From assembly GCA_002269645.1 (NCBI GenBank), contig NIVC01001154.1, positions 146,077 through 210,076 on the forward strand: 64,000 bases of DNA, in the 5' to 3' direction. The position numbers and the translations under genes were made by a program. Positions 22,835-34,900 of this stretch are shown one piece after another; position 1 is the first letter of the stretch; each line of letters starts with the position of its first letter. The notes under the pieces are model-generated. The model searched no databases. It was given only the letters and a program-made list of their open reading frames with translations, and was not told the DNA's origin. The DNA is from Macrostomum lignano (Eukaryota).

Positions 22835-24186
22835 ATGGGCAAAACACTTAAACTGGTTGTTTGTGGCAGCAAGGGTTGTGGCAAGACATCAATCCTTGAA
22901 CAGTTAATTTATTGCAACTATTCAAATTCGACATCTTCAAAGGTAAGTTAAAAAGCTTTTATTAATAATTTCTACTTATTTCATTTATTGTTGTCCTTAT
23001 CAAATTGCACAGCAAATTTTTTCTTTGTATCTTTGTTGTTTTCTTTTCAGCCACAATTCCCTCATACTATTGAAGATACCTATGTTGCTCACATTGAGTC
23101 AGAGCGAGGCGTCAAGGAGAAAGTTCGCTTTTATGAGATCGGTGGCTCATCAGTGAGTTTTGAATTGCATTTGAGCAAGCCATCTACCTTTGTGAATAGT
23201 GCAGTTAAACTGATTGTTCAAATAAGCCCTCTTTCATTTTTTAGGACATCAAGTCAGTCAGCATACCAAAGCACTTTGTTGTTGGAGCAGATGTAAGTAC
23301 AAGGTCTAGCATAGCGCTTTTATGTACCAGTGGCCCAGGCTCGATTCCAAGTGCAGTCAAATTAATCTGGGGTTAAATTGAAATCTTGCTCGTCCATTAA
23401 AGCCCTTGAGGGCCAATCCCCAAGGCACAGTGAAGTGTACATGGCTGACGATGAGTAATCTCAAGCTAGTGCCGCTGTACACCCCTGTGTGAGTGTGTAC
23501 CTGTGCGTATGACTGCGTACGTATGGGCAGTAATGCCTCTCGCTGATTGTGTGACAATGTCGCTTTAAGTGCGCCTGGGTGCGCAAAACCCGTTGCCAAG
23601 AACAAAGCAAAGTAAGTTTGTTGCAGGCAAGTTATCAATAATTTACCTTTCCTTGCGCAGGCATTCGTGCTAGTGTACGACACCACAGACCTCGGCTCCC
23701 TTTCCTACCTGGACGCTGTGAAACGCGAAATTGAGAAGAATAAAGATCGCAAAGATGTGTTATTGTTTCTGTTGCTTGGCAACAAAAAAGATCTGGACGC
23801 TAGTAGTCGGACCAGTGAACTGGCGGCCAAGTTCGTCAACAAGGAGAGAAGTGGGTACTCATATCAGTAGTCTAGCATGATTTTTATTTTAATGTAGTCA
23901 TGCAGTTTGGATTATTTTTGTGGCTTGTGTATGACAATTGGCCTAGGCTTGTCGTGCTATTCTCGCGCATTAGGGCCAACCCCCACCTCCCCCTGTCGCC
24001 ATGATGTACCATACATATACTATGCATGATATACTCATTGATATAACCTTTGCAGTATTCCGGCACTTCACAGTCACCGTTCAGGATCGCCAATCATTAA
24101 TCGATGCATTCGTTGCCATAACAACCAAGATTACTACGCCGCCAAGTAAATCGGGATTTCCATTCGTCAAGAAAGATCCTAAATGA
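22835..24186 (+). CDS. NKIRAS: NF-kappaB inhibitor-interacting Ras-like protein (kappaB-Ras), 5 exons, 192 aa
   Basis: Exons 22835-22942, 23051-23152, 23245-23292, 23661-23850 and 24056-24186 join in frame (579 nt). MGKTLKLVVCG..GKTSILEQLIY, TIEDTYVAHIESERGVKE, IPKHF..ADAFVLVY, LGNKKD, TVTVQDRQSLIDAF..SKSGFP match the family. Confidence 0.92.
23302..23615 (+). mobile_element. tRNA-derived SINE, copy 2 (NKIRAS intron 3)
   Basis: Collinear similarity to the reverse complement of 18562-18918 (AGGCTCGATTCCAAGTGCAG, CAGTGAAGTGTACATG, CTGTGTGAGTGTGT, ATGGGCAGTAATGCCTCTCGC). Confidence 0.75.
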
Positions 24187-24887
24187 TTGATCAAAAAAAG
24201 CATTATTTGATTTATCAAGACACGTTCAACTGAGTAGTGTTTCTAGTACATGCATACTGAGTATTGCTTTGGCAATTAATTAGTAATCGCGAAGATATGC
24301 AAACTGTTTTGAAGCAGCCTAATTTTCACGGTCTTTCACTGCATACATCCTACAGTAAGTGTAATATTATCCAATCCTATCATTGTAATTGCCTATGCTA
24401 ATGCTTCTTCCCGACCGTAACTGTTATTACCGAATCACTTTTAATGCAGCTTTAAACTTGAAATATAATGGACTCGCATGCCTTGGCTTAAGTGTCATCT
24501 GCACATTTGCACCACCCCTACTAAGCGGAACAGGGTCCAAATTCAGGATGTACGTATATTCATTATGTTGTTCTTATATTCCAGATAGGTACATGTATTA
24601 TGTTAACAAATGGGTATGCTAGACTATGGTTATGATCCAATCTAGCTCTTTTGGCGTTGGCGTTGTAAGTTAAGTAGAGTTGGCCGTAGTTAGTAACGTG
24701 ATATCAGAGCGGCAATGATTATAGAATACCATCGTTGTACATGTATGTCCTCACCCGGCACCTGTGGGATGATCCTGCTCTAATGGGATCGGGGAAAATG
24801 AAAGTTTTTCGTTCTTAAATTAACAGATGAGAGTCTGATTTGTAGCCTAGATTCTTGATTGGGAACCTAGGGGACGCATCGCGGGGT

Positions 24888-25130
24888 CGCCAGCACCAGC
24901 TGATTATAAGGGGCGCTGACACCAGCTGATAAGGGGCGCTGACACCAGCTGATAAGGGGCGCTGACACCAGCTGATAAGGGGCCGCCAGCACCTGCTGAT
25001 AAGGGGCCGCCAGCACCAGCTGATAAGGGGCGCTGGCACCCATGCAGCTGATAATGGGTCGCAAGCACCAGCTGACAATGGGCGCTGGCACCAGCACCAG
25101 CTGTTAAGGGGCGCTAACACCAGCTGCGCT
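24888..25130. repeat. About 23-bp degenerate tandem repeat (CACCAGCTGATAAGGGGCGCTGA)
   Basis: Tandem units visible; a loosely related inverted array lies at about 11965-12110. Confidence 0.85.
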
Positions 25131-25904
25131 GACAAGGAAGCTACGTGCCTTCTGCACTTCCTCACTGTTCAAATCAAATTTAAAACGGATCTGAACATTG
25201 CAAACATTGATTTGAACTATTGAGCTATTTATAGCGCGGTACCATGAACTGACCATTAGGAGGCGTAGAGATGAGGTACATGTACATCTTCTAATAATTA
25301 TGTACTCACTATTGCCGTCCAATAAAAAAATCGCCGTTTCGATTTTGTGATAATGACTCATCTACACCGTCATTAAGCTGTCAAATCGCACGACACGTAT
25401 ATTTTACCGTTTTTTTCATACGTTGTAATTTCTCAGTATACATTGGACAAGGCAGATTTAGAGTAACTCTCTAACCCTCAGTTTGGCCAACCCAGGTTGC
25501 CAATGACGCGAAGTGTACAACGGCGCTCAGTATCCATGGGGTTGGGCTCTGCAGAGGCGGGTGTGAATCCATGCAATTGGGGCAGGGAAGTGCATGCGAG
25601 ACTCCTTCTGAAGTCGCGCGCCTGTACTCGCGTTTCCGTACTTGCAGTCTTACGGCTTCTCTTACCCCCGCGCTCGCGTGCTTCTAAAAATTGTCTGCTC
25701 TGAACTGCAGTGGCTGCACTGTGAGCATATAGGCTGCATAGTAGAAAGTTTTACCCCTGCAACAATTTACCTGGGAAAACACTGCTGTTACTGCTCAGGA
25801 CAGAAGGGTGAGACGCTGCGCATCAATAATATGGGAGGCCAAGCCGCTACAACTAAATATTAGTTCCTATATGTGAAAGCCATCGCAGCTTGATACCAGA
25901 AGCA

Positions 25905-28900
25905 ATGGGCACGACTGTAGAGGATGTGCTCACCTGTCCTGTGTGCTTGAGTCGCTTCACCGACCCCCGGCTGCTGCCCTGCCAGCACACCTTCTGTCTG
26001 CGGCCCTGTCTGGTGAACATCTACGACGAGTCAGTGCGGACAATCCGATGCCCGCTGTGCCGCGAGCTCAGCCGGGCTGCCCGAGGCCCGGAAAATTTGC
26101 CTCGGAACCTCACAGTCACGGCACTGCTTGGCGTGCAGCAGCAGCAACGTCAGCAGACGCCTCCGTCGCAGTCGCAATCGAATCGACGTCAAGTAGCTGA
26201 AAGCTCGACTGAGTCACCAGAGTCGGAGGTGGAACTGAGACGTCGTCTCGACGCATCGGCTAGTCGGCTGAGCGCCGCCGTGCCCGCCCTGCTTTCCGAG
26301 GCCGCCCGCCTTCGCTCCGTGGCCGCCGATATCGAGGCCTCCTCGGCCAGACAGAGCGCCCGGCTGGCTGCCGCTGTAGACTCACTCGCCGAGCAGCTGG
26401 CGGAGCGACGAGCGCAGCTGCTGGCCGACATCGCGGCGGCCTCGGCAAGCCGGCTGGAGTCCCTCTACGCCGCGCTGGACTCGCTGGAGGTGGAGGCGGC
26501 CAGCGCCAGCAGCTGCTGCGAGTCGCTGCCGCCGCCGGGAGCGCCAGTGGAAGAACTCCGTCGCCGACTGGACGCTTGCGAAGACGCCGCCAGGAGACTC
26601 GCCGGCGCCGCGGTCGCCGACTGGTCCGAGGTGGCGACCGATGTCGGCGGTTCTGCGGCGGTCGAGTTGCCGGTGAACGCGGAGCCAGTCAGCCGGGCCA
26701 TCGCGGCTTTGGGCCGCCAGTCGTCGCTGTCGGGCGGCGGCTACCCGGCGGAGCTGCTGGTGGCCAACAATTATCGGACGCCGTTGAATCCTCAGCGCGC
26801 CGGCAGTCGGCAGCAGCAGCCGCAGCGTCAGAGCCGAATTCCCGAGCGTCAAAATCTCTCCGCTTCGGATGACAGCCGAGGCGGCGGCGGCGGCGGCGGC
26901 GCATTCATAAGTTTTGCTAATCCGGCATTTCGCGGAAATCGACGACCGCCAAGACTGAGCTCCGACAACGCAACGTCTGGCGCGGCAGGCAGTGGCGCAG
27001 GCGAACGTGGAGTCGGAGCTGGAGGCGCAGGGGGTAGGGTTAACGCATCAAGACGAGCAGCGAATGCAGCAATCCGAAGGCAGGAACAACAGCAGCACAA
27101 TAATCAACAGCAACAGCAACAACAGCAGCAACAACAGCAGCAGCAACAACAGCAGCAGCAACAACAGCAGCAGCAACAACAGCAGCAGCAACAACAGCAG
27201 CAGCAACCGTCAGATGATGAGTCGCCTTCCTCGTCGGAACCGCATCAACAGCTGACAATGGTCCAGAGGTCGGGAACTTTTGTTCTGTCGCGCGCGAATC
27301 GACCGGTTGCATTTCAGGTTTGTTTTAGTGATTCGTTTTTTATTAATATTTGTTTCTTGGAAAATACTGAAACGCGAATTGACTGGCAGTCTATTCGAAT
27401 ACCCTGTCTGAACTCAACTCAAGCCTTCATTTAGCTTCGATCCCCAAATCCCCTCTCCAGGTGTCCCTGGACGGCAACGGCGACCCGTCGGACCTATCGG
27501 TGTCCGCCGGCGAGGACGCCTCCTATTTGGCTCGCAGCGCACCGTGTGGCGTCTTCGGCCTCGGGCCCAGCGCCGAGGTCGGCCAGCTGAGCGCGCCGCG
27601 CGGCATCGCGGCCTGTCCCCGCACCGGCGCCCTGTTCGTGGCCGACTCCAACAATCACCGACTGCAGGCTTTCTCTCTGACTGGCCAGGTTCGGCTGGCG
27701 TTCGGGCGGCGCGGCGCTGGTCCAGGAGAATTCGAGTGCGTCACCGGGGTGGCGGTGGACCCGGCTTCCCGGCGGGTGTTCGCCACGGACCGCTACAATC
27801 ACAAGGTGCTGGTGTTTGACTACCAGGTGAGGGTGTCAATTTTTATAGTGTACGTTCTAACTACAGATTCTATTCCATGCCACTCCGCGAAAACCCCGCT
27901 GTTCAGACCATAGACTGTAGCTTCTGCTGCTCTCCAGCATAAGTAGCAGCAACTACGAGGTGTCTGTGGCCCAACCCCCCCCCCCTGGGTTTTCGGGGCC
28001 TCGGAGACGGCCGCTAAATACATTAGCAAATGATGGAGTGACAAATCTAGGTAAATATAGAATCTGCAGTGGCTCTAACCGCTAGTTAAATGCTTGAATG
28101 ACCAAAGAAACATCGATATGTACATGTAGCTGCGGAATTTAGGTAGGATTGTTAGTAGCTGGTGTTGCTAATCATAACGAGAAGCGGTAGTTTAAGTATT
28201 TAAAAAGATCAGATTTTGGTAGCTTTTGACGATCGAAATGGGAATTTGGACAATCAAAACGGGACGCCATAGACATTAAAGCCAGGCCACAGATCGCACC
28301 TTAGTCATGAATTTAAGCAGTTTAGCAAAGTCTACTTAGGGAGGCTTGGCCATAGACTATAACTTTGGACATTCAATATGGGAAAAGCCATTGTCATTAA
28401 TTTTTGCGGGCTTAAGCGTCCCTTTTCCGGGCGTCAATGTGGCAATTCGTGCCTTGAATCGTCTATGGTATTGTCTATTTCAGTAATAGAGCGAAATAGA
28501 ACAACAGTGTGAAACAGAGACCAACAAATAACAGCAAAGTTTATGCGCTTATAAGCATGCAAAGAGAGACGATCAGTTAGTTAAATTAAATTAGTCTTTC
28601 AGGCCGTGGAAATCGAACGTACAATTTTGAAATGTTCCAGAGAAATTCACACTGACCGATGGAGCTGGCACAGCCTGCTCAACTTGTCCTTCAGCAAGAC
28701 GATCTCGAGCAAGGACGCTCGTCCTTTGTTCGCAGTGTCGAATAGAAGAAACGCAAATAATTAGCCAGAATCGACTTTGGAATTCGCAGCAGATCCGTTG
28801 ACAGTTTCATTTCTTCCAGAAAAGTCTTGAAGCGGCTCACATTGTCCTCCATCTGCCGGGCGGAGGAGTCCGGTATTCCATCTCGTTCAAGCTGATTTAA

Positions 28901-31900
28901 CTCTTGCATCACGTCCTCCGGAATGTCGAGAATCTCTTCTGATTCTATCTTGCGCGCAAATTCTTCGCTCAGTTCCTCCAAATACCGGCTGTTCGACTCG
29001 GATGATACCCACGCCAGCTCTTCGGTCGACATACCGGAAACCATTTCTCCCGGCAGATTGGAATAATTAATTAAATGGTTGATCATTTTCAGAACTCAAG
29101 CACAGCTTAGTCCTGACAGATTTGAAAAAATATACATTTAGCATTTTTCTAGCTCCTTCAGTTTTACTGTCCATCTCTAGACCTGGACCATCAAAACTTC
29201 GTCTATGGCCCAGAGCTCGCAAATCAAAAGAAAGAATGGCCATAGACATTTCAACTGCATTCTATGTAATAACACAGAGCCCGGAATTTTCGACATTGAT
29301 GCCCGGAAATCTCTTGCATTAATGACAATAATAATGTTACAGGGACTACTCAATTATCGGGACGGGAAACGGCCAAATCATGCAGAAAAAAGATGGAGGC
29401 CGATTTTCTCTGTTCTCTGCTGATCTTATGTTTTATCGCAAGAGCTTCAGCTTCTCACTATGTACACAAAATTTATCCCTCTTCAACTTCCTGTAGCCTG
29501 TTTCTACTCAAATAATTTCGGATAAATGCTAGGAGACATTTTATACAGTACCGCTTTAATACACAAACTCGATGCTTGATAAGCCAAGTGCATCTGTTGT
29601 AGAAGTCTATGGGAAACATTGAAGCAAGAAGTGAAAGCTTGTATTATACGAGAAGTTATGCAACATAAGATATAAGATTAACAAAACTGTTGTATATAGT
29701 CAATACATGTATACCAAGATTTGGAAAACGATCGCGCTAGAATACACACTATTGTGCACTAGAATTATTCAACAACACCAAATGCATAAGTACAAGAAAC
29801 ACAACATTCACAACTAGCATATAAATAACAATAAACACGATAAGAGCAAAAGGCAAGAGAACCACAAGCAAGTGCAAAACGCACATGAACCAGAACAAAC
29901 AAAGTAAGCATAACAAAGTATCCCAATAGTATTGGTTTTTGTATGCTAAGTGAGACATTTTTCAAGCAATCTGAGACTGAATAGCAAAAACACTATTGTC
30001 TATGGCCACCCCTCGCTGCAGCCCAGCTTTTTGGGATCGCCTTGCAAGCAAAGTGAGAAATTTTTTAAAGCTAAGTGAGAACCATATTGAAAACAAAGGC
30101 TGGGCTATGGCAAATCAACTGCGTCTAACAAGCAACGAGGATAGAGAGCGCCTGGTCAATGCCGTCTAAGATGAACAAGATCTGAACAAGAAGACGGCCT
30201 ATCGGATATGGAGTCGCTACGCAGCTACTGGTGAATTCCATGCGTTGCAACGGTGGCCGCAAGCCGCGGTCAACAAAAATGGACAAATATATAGTTTCCG
30301 ACAGTACATCATTTTGTAATTTCGTAAAACCACCCCTTTTTTCAATATGGTTCTCACTTAGCTTGAAAAATGTCTCACTTTACTTGCAAGGCGCGCCCAA
30401 AAAGCTGGGCTGCAGCGAGGGGTGGCCATAGACAATAGTGTTTTTGCTATTCAGTCTCAGATTGCTTGAAAAATTTCTCACTTAGCATGCAAAAACCAAT
30501 AGTAAGCAAATATATAAGCAATGCGACAAATCGAATTCGTAACCCAGTAGTCTCAGTCGGTATCAATCACGCTTATAAACGAGATGAACTGCGTAGCTTT
30601 GTGATTTTACAATCACTTGCGTCTGGTGTTTGTTCTGCAGTTTTGCAGTTTCGCACAAGTCCTTTGAAAAAGCAGTTTGATAGGCGACGAGTCACCGAAG
30701 TTGTATGAATGTCCTTGTCTGGAAAGAAATATTCGGCGATAGCATTGAATATCTGTTGCACACGGGTTGCACAGCTTGGTGAATATGATGTGAAGCTAGC
30801 ATAACAAAGGCGCGAGAATTGGAAAAGCCATTCTGGTGGATGCGCTAGCTTTCCACGGGAAACAAGCTCCGTAAATTCGCATGGTTCATTTCGTGCTGCT
30901 TCTGCGTCAGCGGGAATTCCTTCCTTTGCTGCAACGTAGCCTAGGTAGTTAAAACCAAAAAGATAAATGAAAGTAGATATATATACGAATATTATTATAC
31001 TCGTGCAAGAATACAAAATTGCTTGAAGAAGCAATTTGAAACCTGAAATGTAATGTAGGGCAGCATTCTCATGCGATGTCAAATTCTCCGCAGAAATGCA
31101 GCAACTGTCGACTGTCCCTAATTCCTCATCTGATAGTTGACTGTCGCAGCAGTGGCTCTGTTGGTGACTGAAGTCGGACAATTCAAGCGATGTAAAGAGC
31201 TTCATTCGTCTCAGTCGGGCGCTAAGAAAAACTTGTTCGACTGAAATAAAATAGTTGCCTCCACTCATTTGGCGATAGACTCCGAATTCACCTTCTAAAG
31301 GATCAGTGTTGAATTCAGATAGCAGAACATACTGCATAGCACCGGTTTCCAGCAGTTGGTGACACATTTCTACCACACCGAACAGACTGTTACATAATGC
31401 GTTTTTGGTCTCGGTCGTAAGGCATTGATGTCGACTTCGTCCTCTACCACCGCCACGTTCAGAGACACAGCCTGCGCCAAGGCACTTAAGAATACTAAAC
31501 GTTCGTCCGAAATCGAGGAAATTGGCTTTCGATCAGGATCGTTCAGTCGTATGTGCAAATAAGGGTTGCGGCAATTAACTGTTTTCCAAAACTTAACAAT
31601 AGATTCTACAAACTTTGCAGTATCGTGGAATCCATTGCACGCAAGAGCAGCTACTACCTTGTCATCGAATACCTGCAGAGCTAGAGAAACACAGGTTTTC
31701 TGAATTCCATTTGGGTAGCATGCCCCGTGAGTGAGATTTGTTCGTCTGACAACGTGGTTTTGTTCAGCCTTAAAGACATGAATGATGTGACTCCATTTCG
31801 CCGAAATGACTCTGTCGCATCCCGGAATTCGAAGTGCTATAGTCCCCTTCTGTTCAGTCTGCCAGTTGTTTCTTATCGATTTCAACAAGTGGACCATGTC

Positions 31901-34900
31901 ATTGATCATAAAAAATTGACTAGTCTGATTGACGTCTCGTCCAATCCAATCCTTGTTTTGCCGCTGATCTCTGAACAAATTAAAACATTTTCTGTTAGTA
32001 GGATGATTGTCGCAAACCAAAGCGAAAGCAGTACCACCATGCTTGTTGACCAACTCAATGCTTTGACTTAGTTGCTGTTTGAGAAATTCGGCTGTGAGTA
32101 GAAAAATTGGTATAAGGCGCAATATGAATGGTTTTCCACCCATTAGCGGCTTCAACATTATCGCCAGAATTGTCCGAGCAATTTTCGCCGAGTCGTCCTC
32201 CGCTTGTCCAAACAGATGTTTACATCTAAATCTGACAGATGGCTGCACGTACATCTCGTCAAATAGTAAAACGCAGTTCAGCTGGGTGCCGCGAAGTGCA
32301 GAAAAAACTGTTCGAATAGTTTCATCAGAATCGGCTGCAGTTCCAATCTCTCCAAGACCGGCCAAATTTGTACGGAGAGTTCTTTGATGTGGCAGTGGCA
32401 ACAGAGTGCGAAGTTGAGAGTAAGCCGAACTGCTGATTAAATAGATAAGAGTTGACTGCCTTAGTGTGGCAATGTCGTACCGACGACTCACTGGACTTGT
32501 AGAAATTAGCTGTAGTTGTGAAATTAAAAACTGTATCGATGGATTCGTGATGACAGTATTTTCTAATTCCAACACTTGAAGAAATGACGACGACATCGCT
32601 TTCAACTCATGCTGAACAGACAGTTGAAAATTCATGCATCGAACGATAATGGCATCGAGTTTTGAAAAATACTTCAATGTAGGCTGGAATCCTAGCAGAT
32701 CTCTCAGCGGAACCGGCGAATGATAGTGAAAAGCACGAGTTGCAAAGTTGGACGAAATAAAAATCTTGATCTTTAGTTCTCCGCTCGAATCCAAACCGAA
32801 CAAATAAACTTCTTCATTGCATAACGATACAAACAGCGAATGTTGAGCAACGATATCTGATGATTTGAGTGCAGAAACGAGCTCGCTCCAGCCTGGCAAA
32901 CTGTCGATTTTACGAAATTCTTCCAACTCGTCCGGTTTAAAATTTCTTTCGGCAGACAAAACGCGACGGACTTTTGGTTTTCTCGCTAATGCTAAAATTA
33001 TGGATGTAAGCAATGCGATGCAGAATCGTTTGTAGCTCGTATGTTGGTAGCACAATACGTGTACAGTTTATGTAGTGACAAATTCTCACATTTCGATTGA
33101 ACAAAACATGATGGGGGGGGAATTGCAACGTCAAAGACGGACGGCGGGTCGACAGGTCGCTCATATCTGCTGCGTTTTATCATTGGCACTGATATTGGCC
33201 AGTGCTTCTCGCATACTGCCATATGCGGTGTTGGATCCTGTAGAATTATGAGCGGTGTGCTACAGAAACAATACCTCGCAAAACTTGTCCTTCCGAACAA
33301 GAGAGACAATGCACTGTCTCTCCAACTTGCCCAGCAGAGAGTAAAATCACGAATTTCATTATTACCAGTTTACTACTCGACTCACCTTGATGACATTTGG
33401 TAGAGCCAGTCGCCATTTTTCCTTCTCTATAGGATCGTTTGGGAAAGTAAAGACTTTAACAGAAGTTTTTTTCGTTCAAATAGTTCGACTTGCATGATTG
33501 CACACAGCATTTCCTTGGCATGAATGCGAAAAAACGCAAAGCAAAATTATGACTATTTATTTGCATTCTATGGTATCAGTCCTTACCTTATAGGCCATCG
33601 TATAATACAAGCTTTCACTTCTTGCTTCAATGTTTCCCATAGACTTCTACAACAGATGCACTTGGCTTTTCAAGCATCGAGTTTGTGTATTAAAGCGGTA
33701 CTGTATAAAATGTCTCCTAGCATTTATCCGAAATTATTTGAGTAGAAACAGGCTACAGGAAGTTGAAGAGGGATAAATTTTGTGTACATAGTGAGAAGCT
33801 GAAGCTCTTGCGATAAAACATAAGATCAGCAGAGAACAGAGAAAATCGGCCTCCATCTTTTTTCTGCATGATTTGGCCGTTTCCCGTCCCGATAATTGAG
33901 TAGTCCCTGTAATGTTATGTTAATGTTAATATTAATGTTATATTCAATACGGGAATCGGACTGAGATTTTACAGCTCTCTGTCCCTCTCTCCCCTGTTTG
34001 TTCGTCTTTGGCCTGAAAGCGACCCCATTGAATAGCGCCACCAATTCCTGTAGCAGATCCGCCAGCAGCTGACTGATGCGATTGAACAAGGGTCAGCCAT
34101 CGCAAGAGCTGCAAGAATCTTGCAAATCAAGAAAAACAAGCGCATTCCGAATCGCTGCCAACTTTCGACTCGATGACAGAGTGCAGAATCCCTTCCTCGC
34201 GGTGGTCGTAAAGAAGGATTGTGCAAGGCCGATCAGGAAATGAGAGAATTCTTGCTTGAGAAACTCGATGAAAATCCTTTCCTGACGCTCAAGGAGTTCT
34301 GAGTTACTTTTGTTTGGCGTCCGGTAACGGGCACTTTGTTCACTTTTAAATATTCCAGTGGCCTTGAGATATGGAAAATACATTAAATTGGGCGAATTCC
34401 CATTTCGATAGTCCATTCCACATTCTATGGTTGGGTATTCCCAAGCCGCCCGAGTCTGTGGCCTGGCTTAATTAAACGTCTATAGCGTCCCGTTTTGACT
34501 GTTCAGATTCCCATTTAGATCGTCAAAAGCGATAGTAGAAATAATTTGGCTTTTGTAAAAGTATATAAAAGTGTTGCCTATTCGCTGCATGCATTTCGTA
34601 GAAAATGACACAGTATATACAAAATATTTACACGCTTTGAATTTTCCCATCAGGGGGAGTTCCTTCGCCAGTTCGGCGCTGAGGGTTCCGGGCCCGGCCA
34701 GTTCCGCTATCCATGGGGCGCCGCCGTCCACTCCGGCCACCTGTACGTGGCCGACAAAAAGAACCACCGAGTGCAGGTATTCGACTTGGACGGGCAATTT
34801 CTGTCCAGCTTCGGAGAGCACGGCCGCTCGGACGGCCAGTTGGACAATCCGCACTTTGTCTGCGTCAGGCCGGACGGAGCGTCTGCCTTGGTGTTCGTGT

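Larger units (their letters stand above)
29340..33909 (-). mobile_element. P-element superfamily transposon, 4570 bp, 312-bp TIRs, 8-bp TSD
   Basis: TIRs at 29340-29651 and 33598-33909 start CAGGGACTACTC, with one mismatch found (29580). TSD TAATGTTA at 29332-29339 and 33910-33917. Confidence 0.9.

Noticed and set aside
24815-25165. Minus-strand repetitive ORFs
   Set aside because: Products of the 23-bp tandem repeat.
25943-27819. Many overlapping alternative-frame ORFs over the TRIM-NHL exons
   Set aside because: Expected shadow ORFs of GC-rich coding sequence; no motifs.
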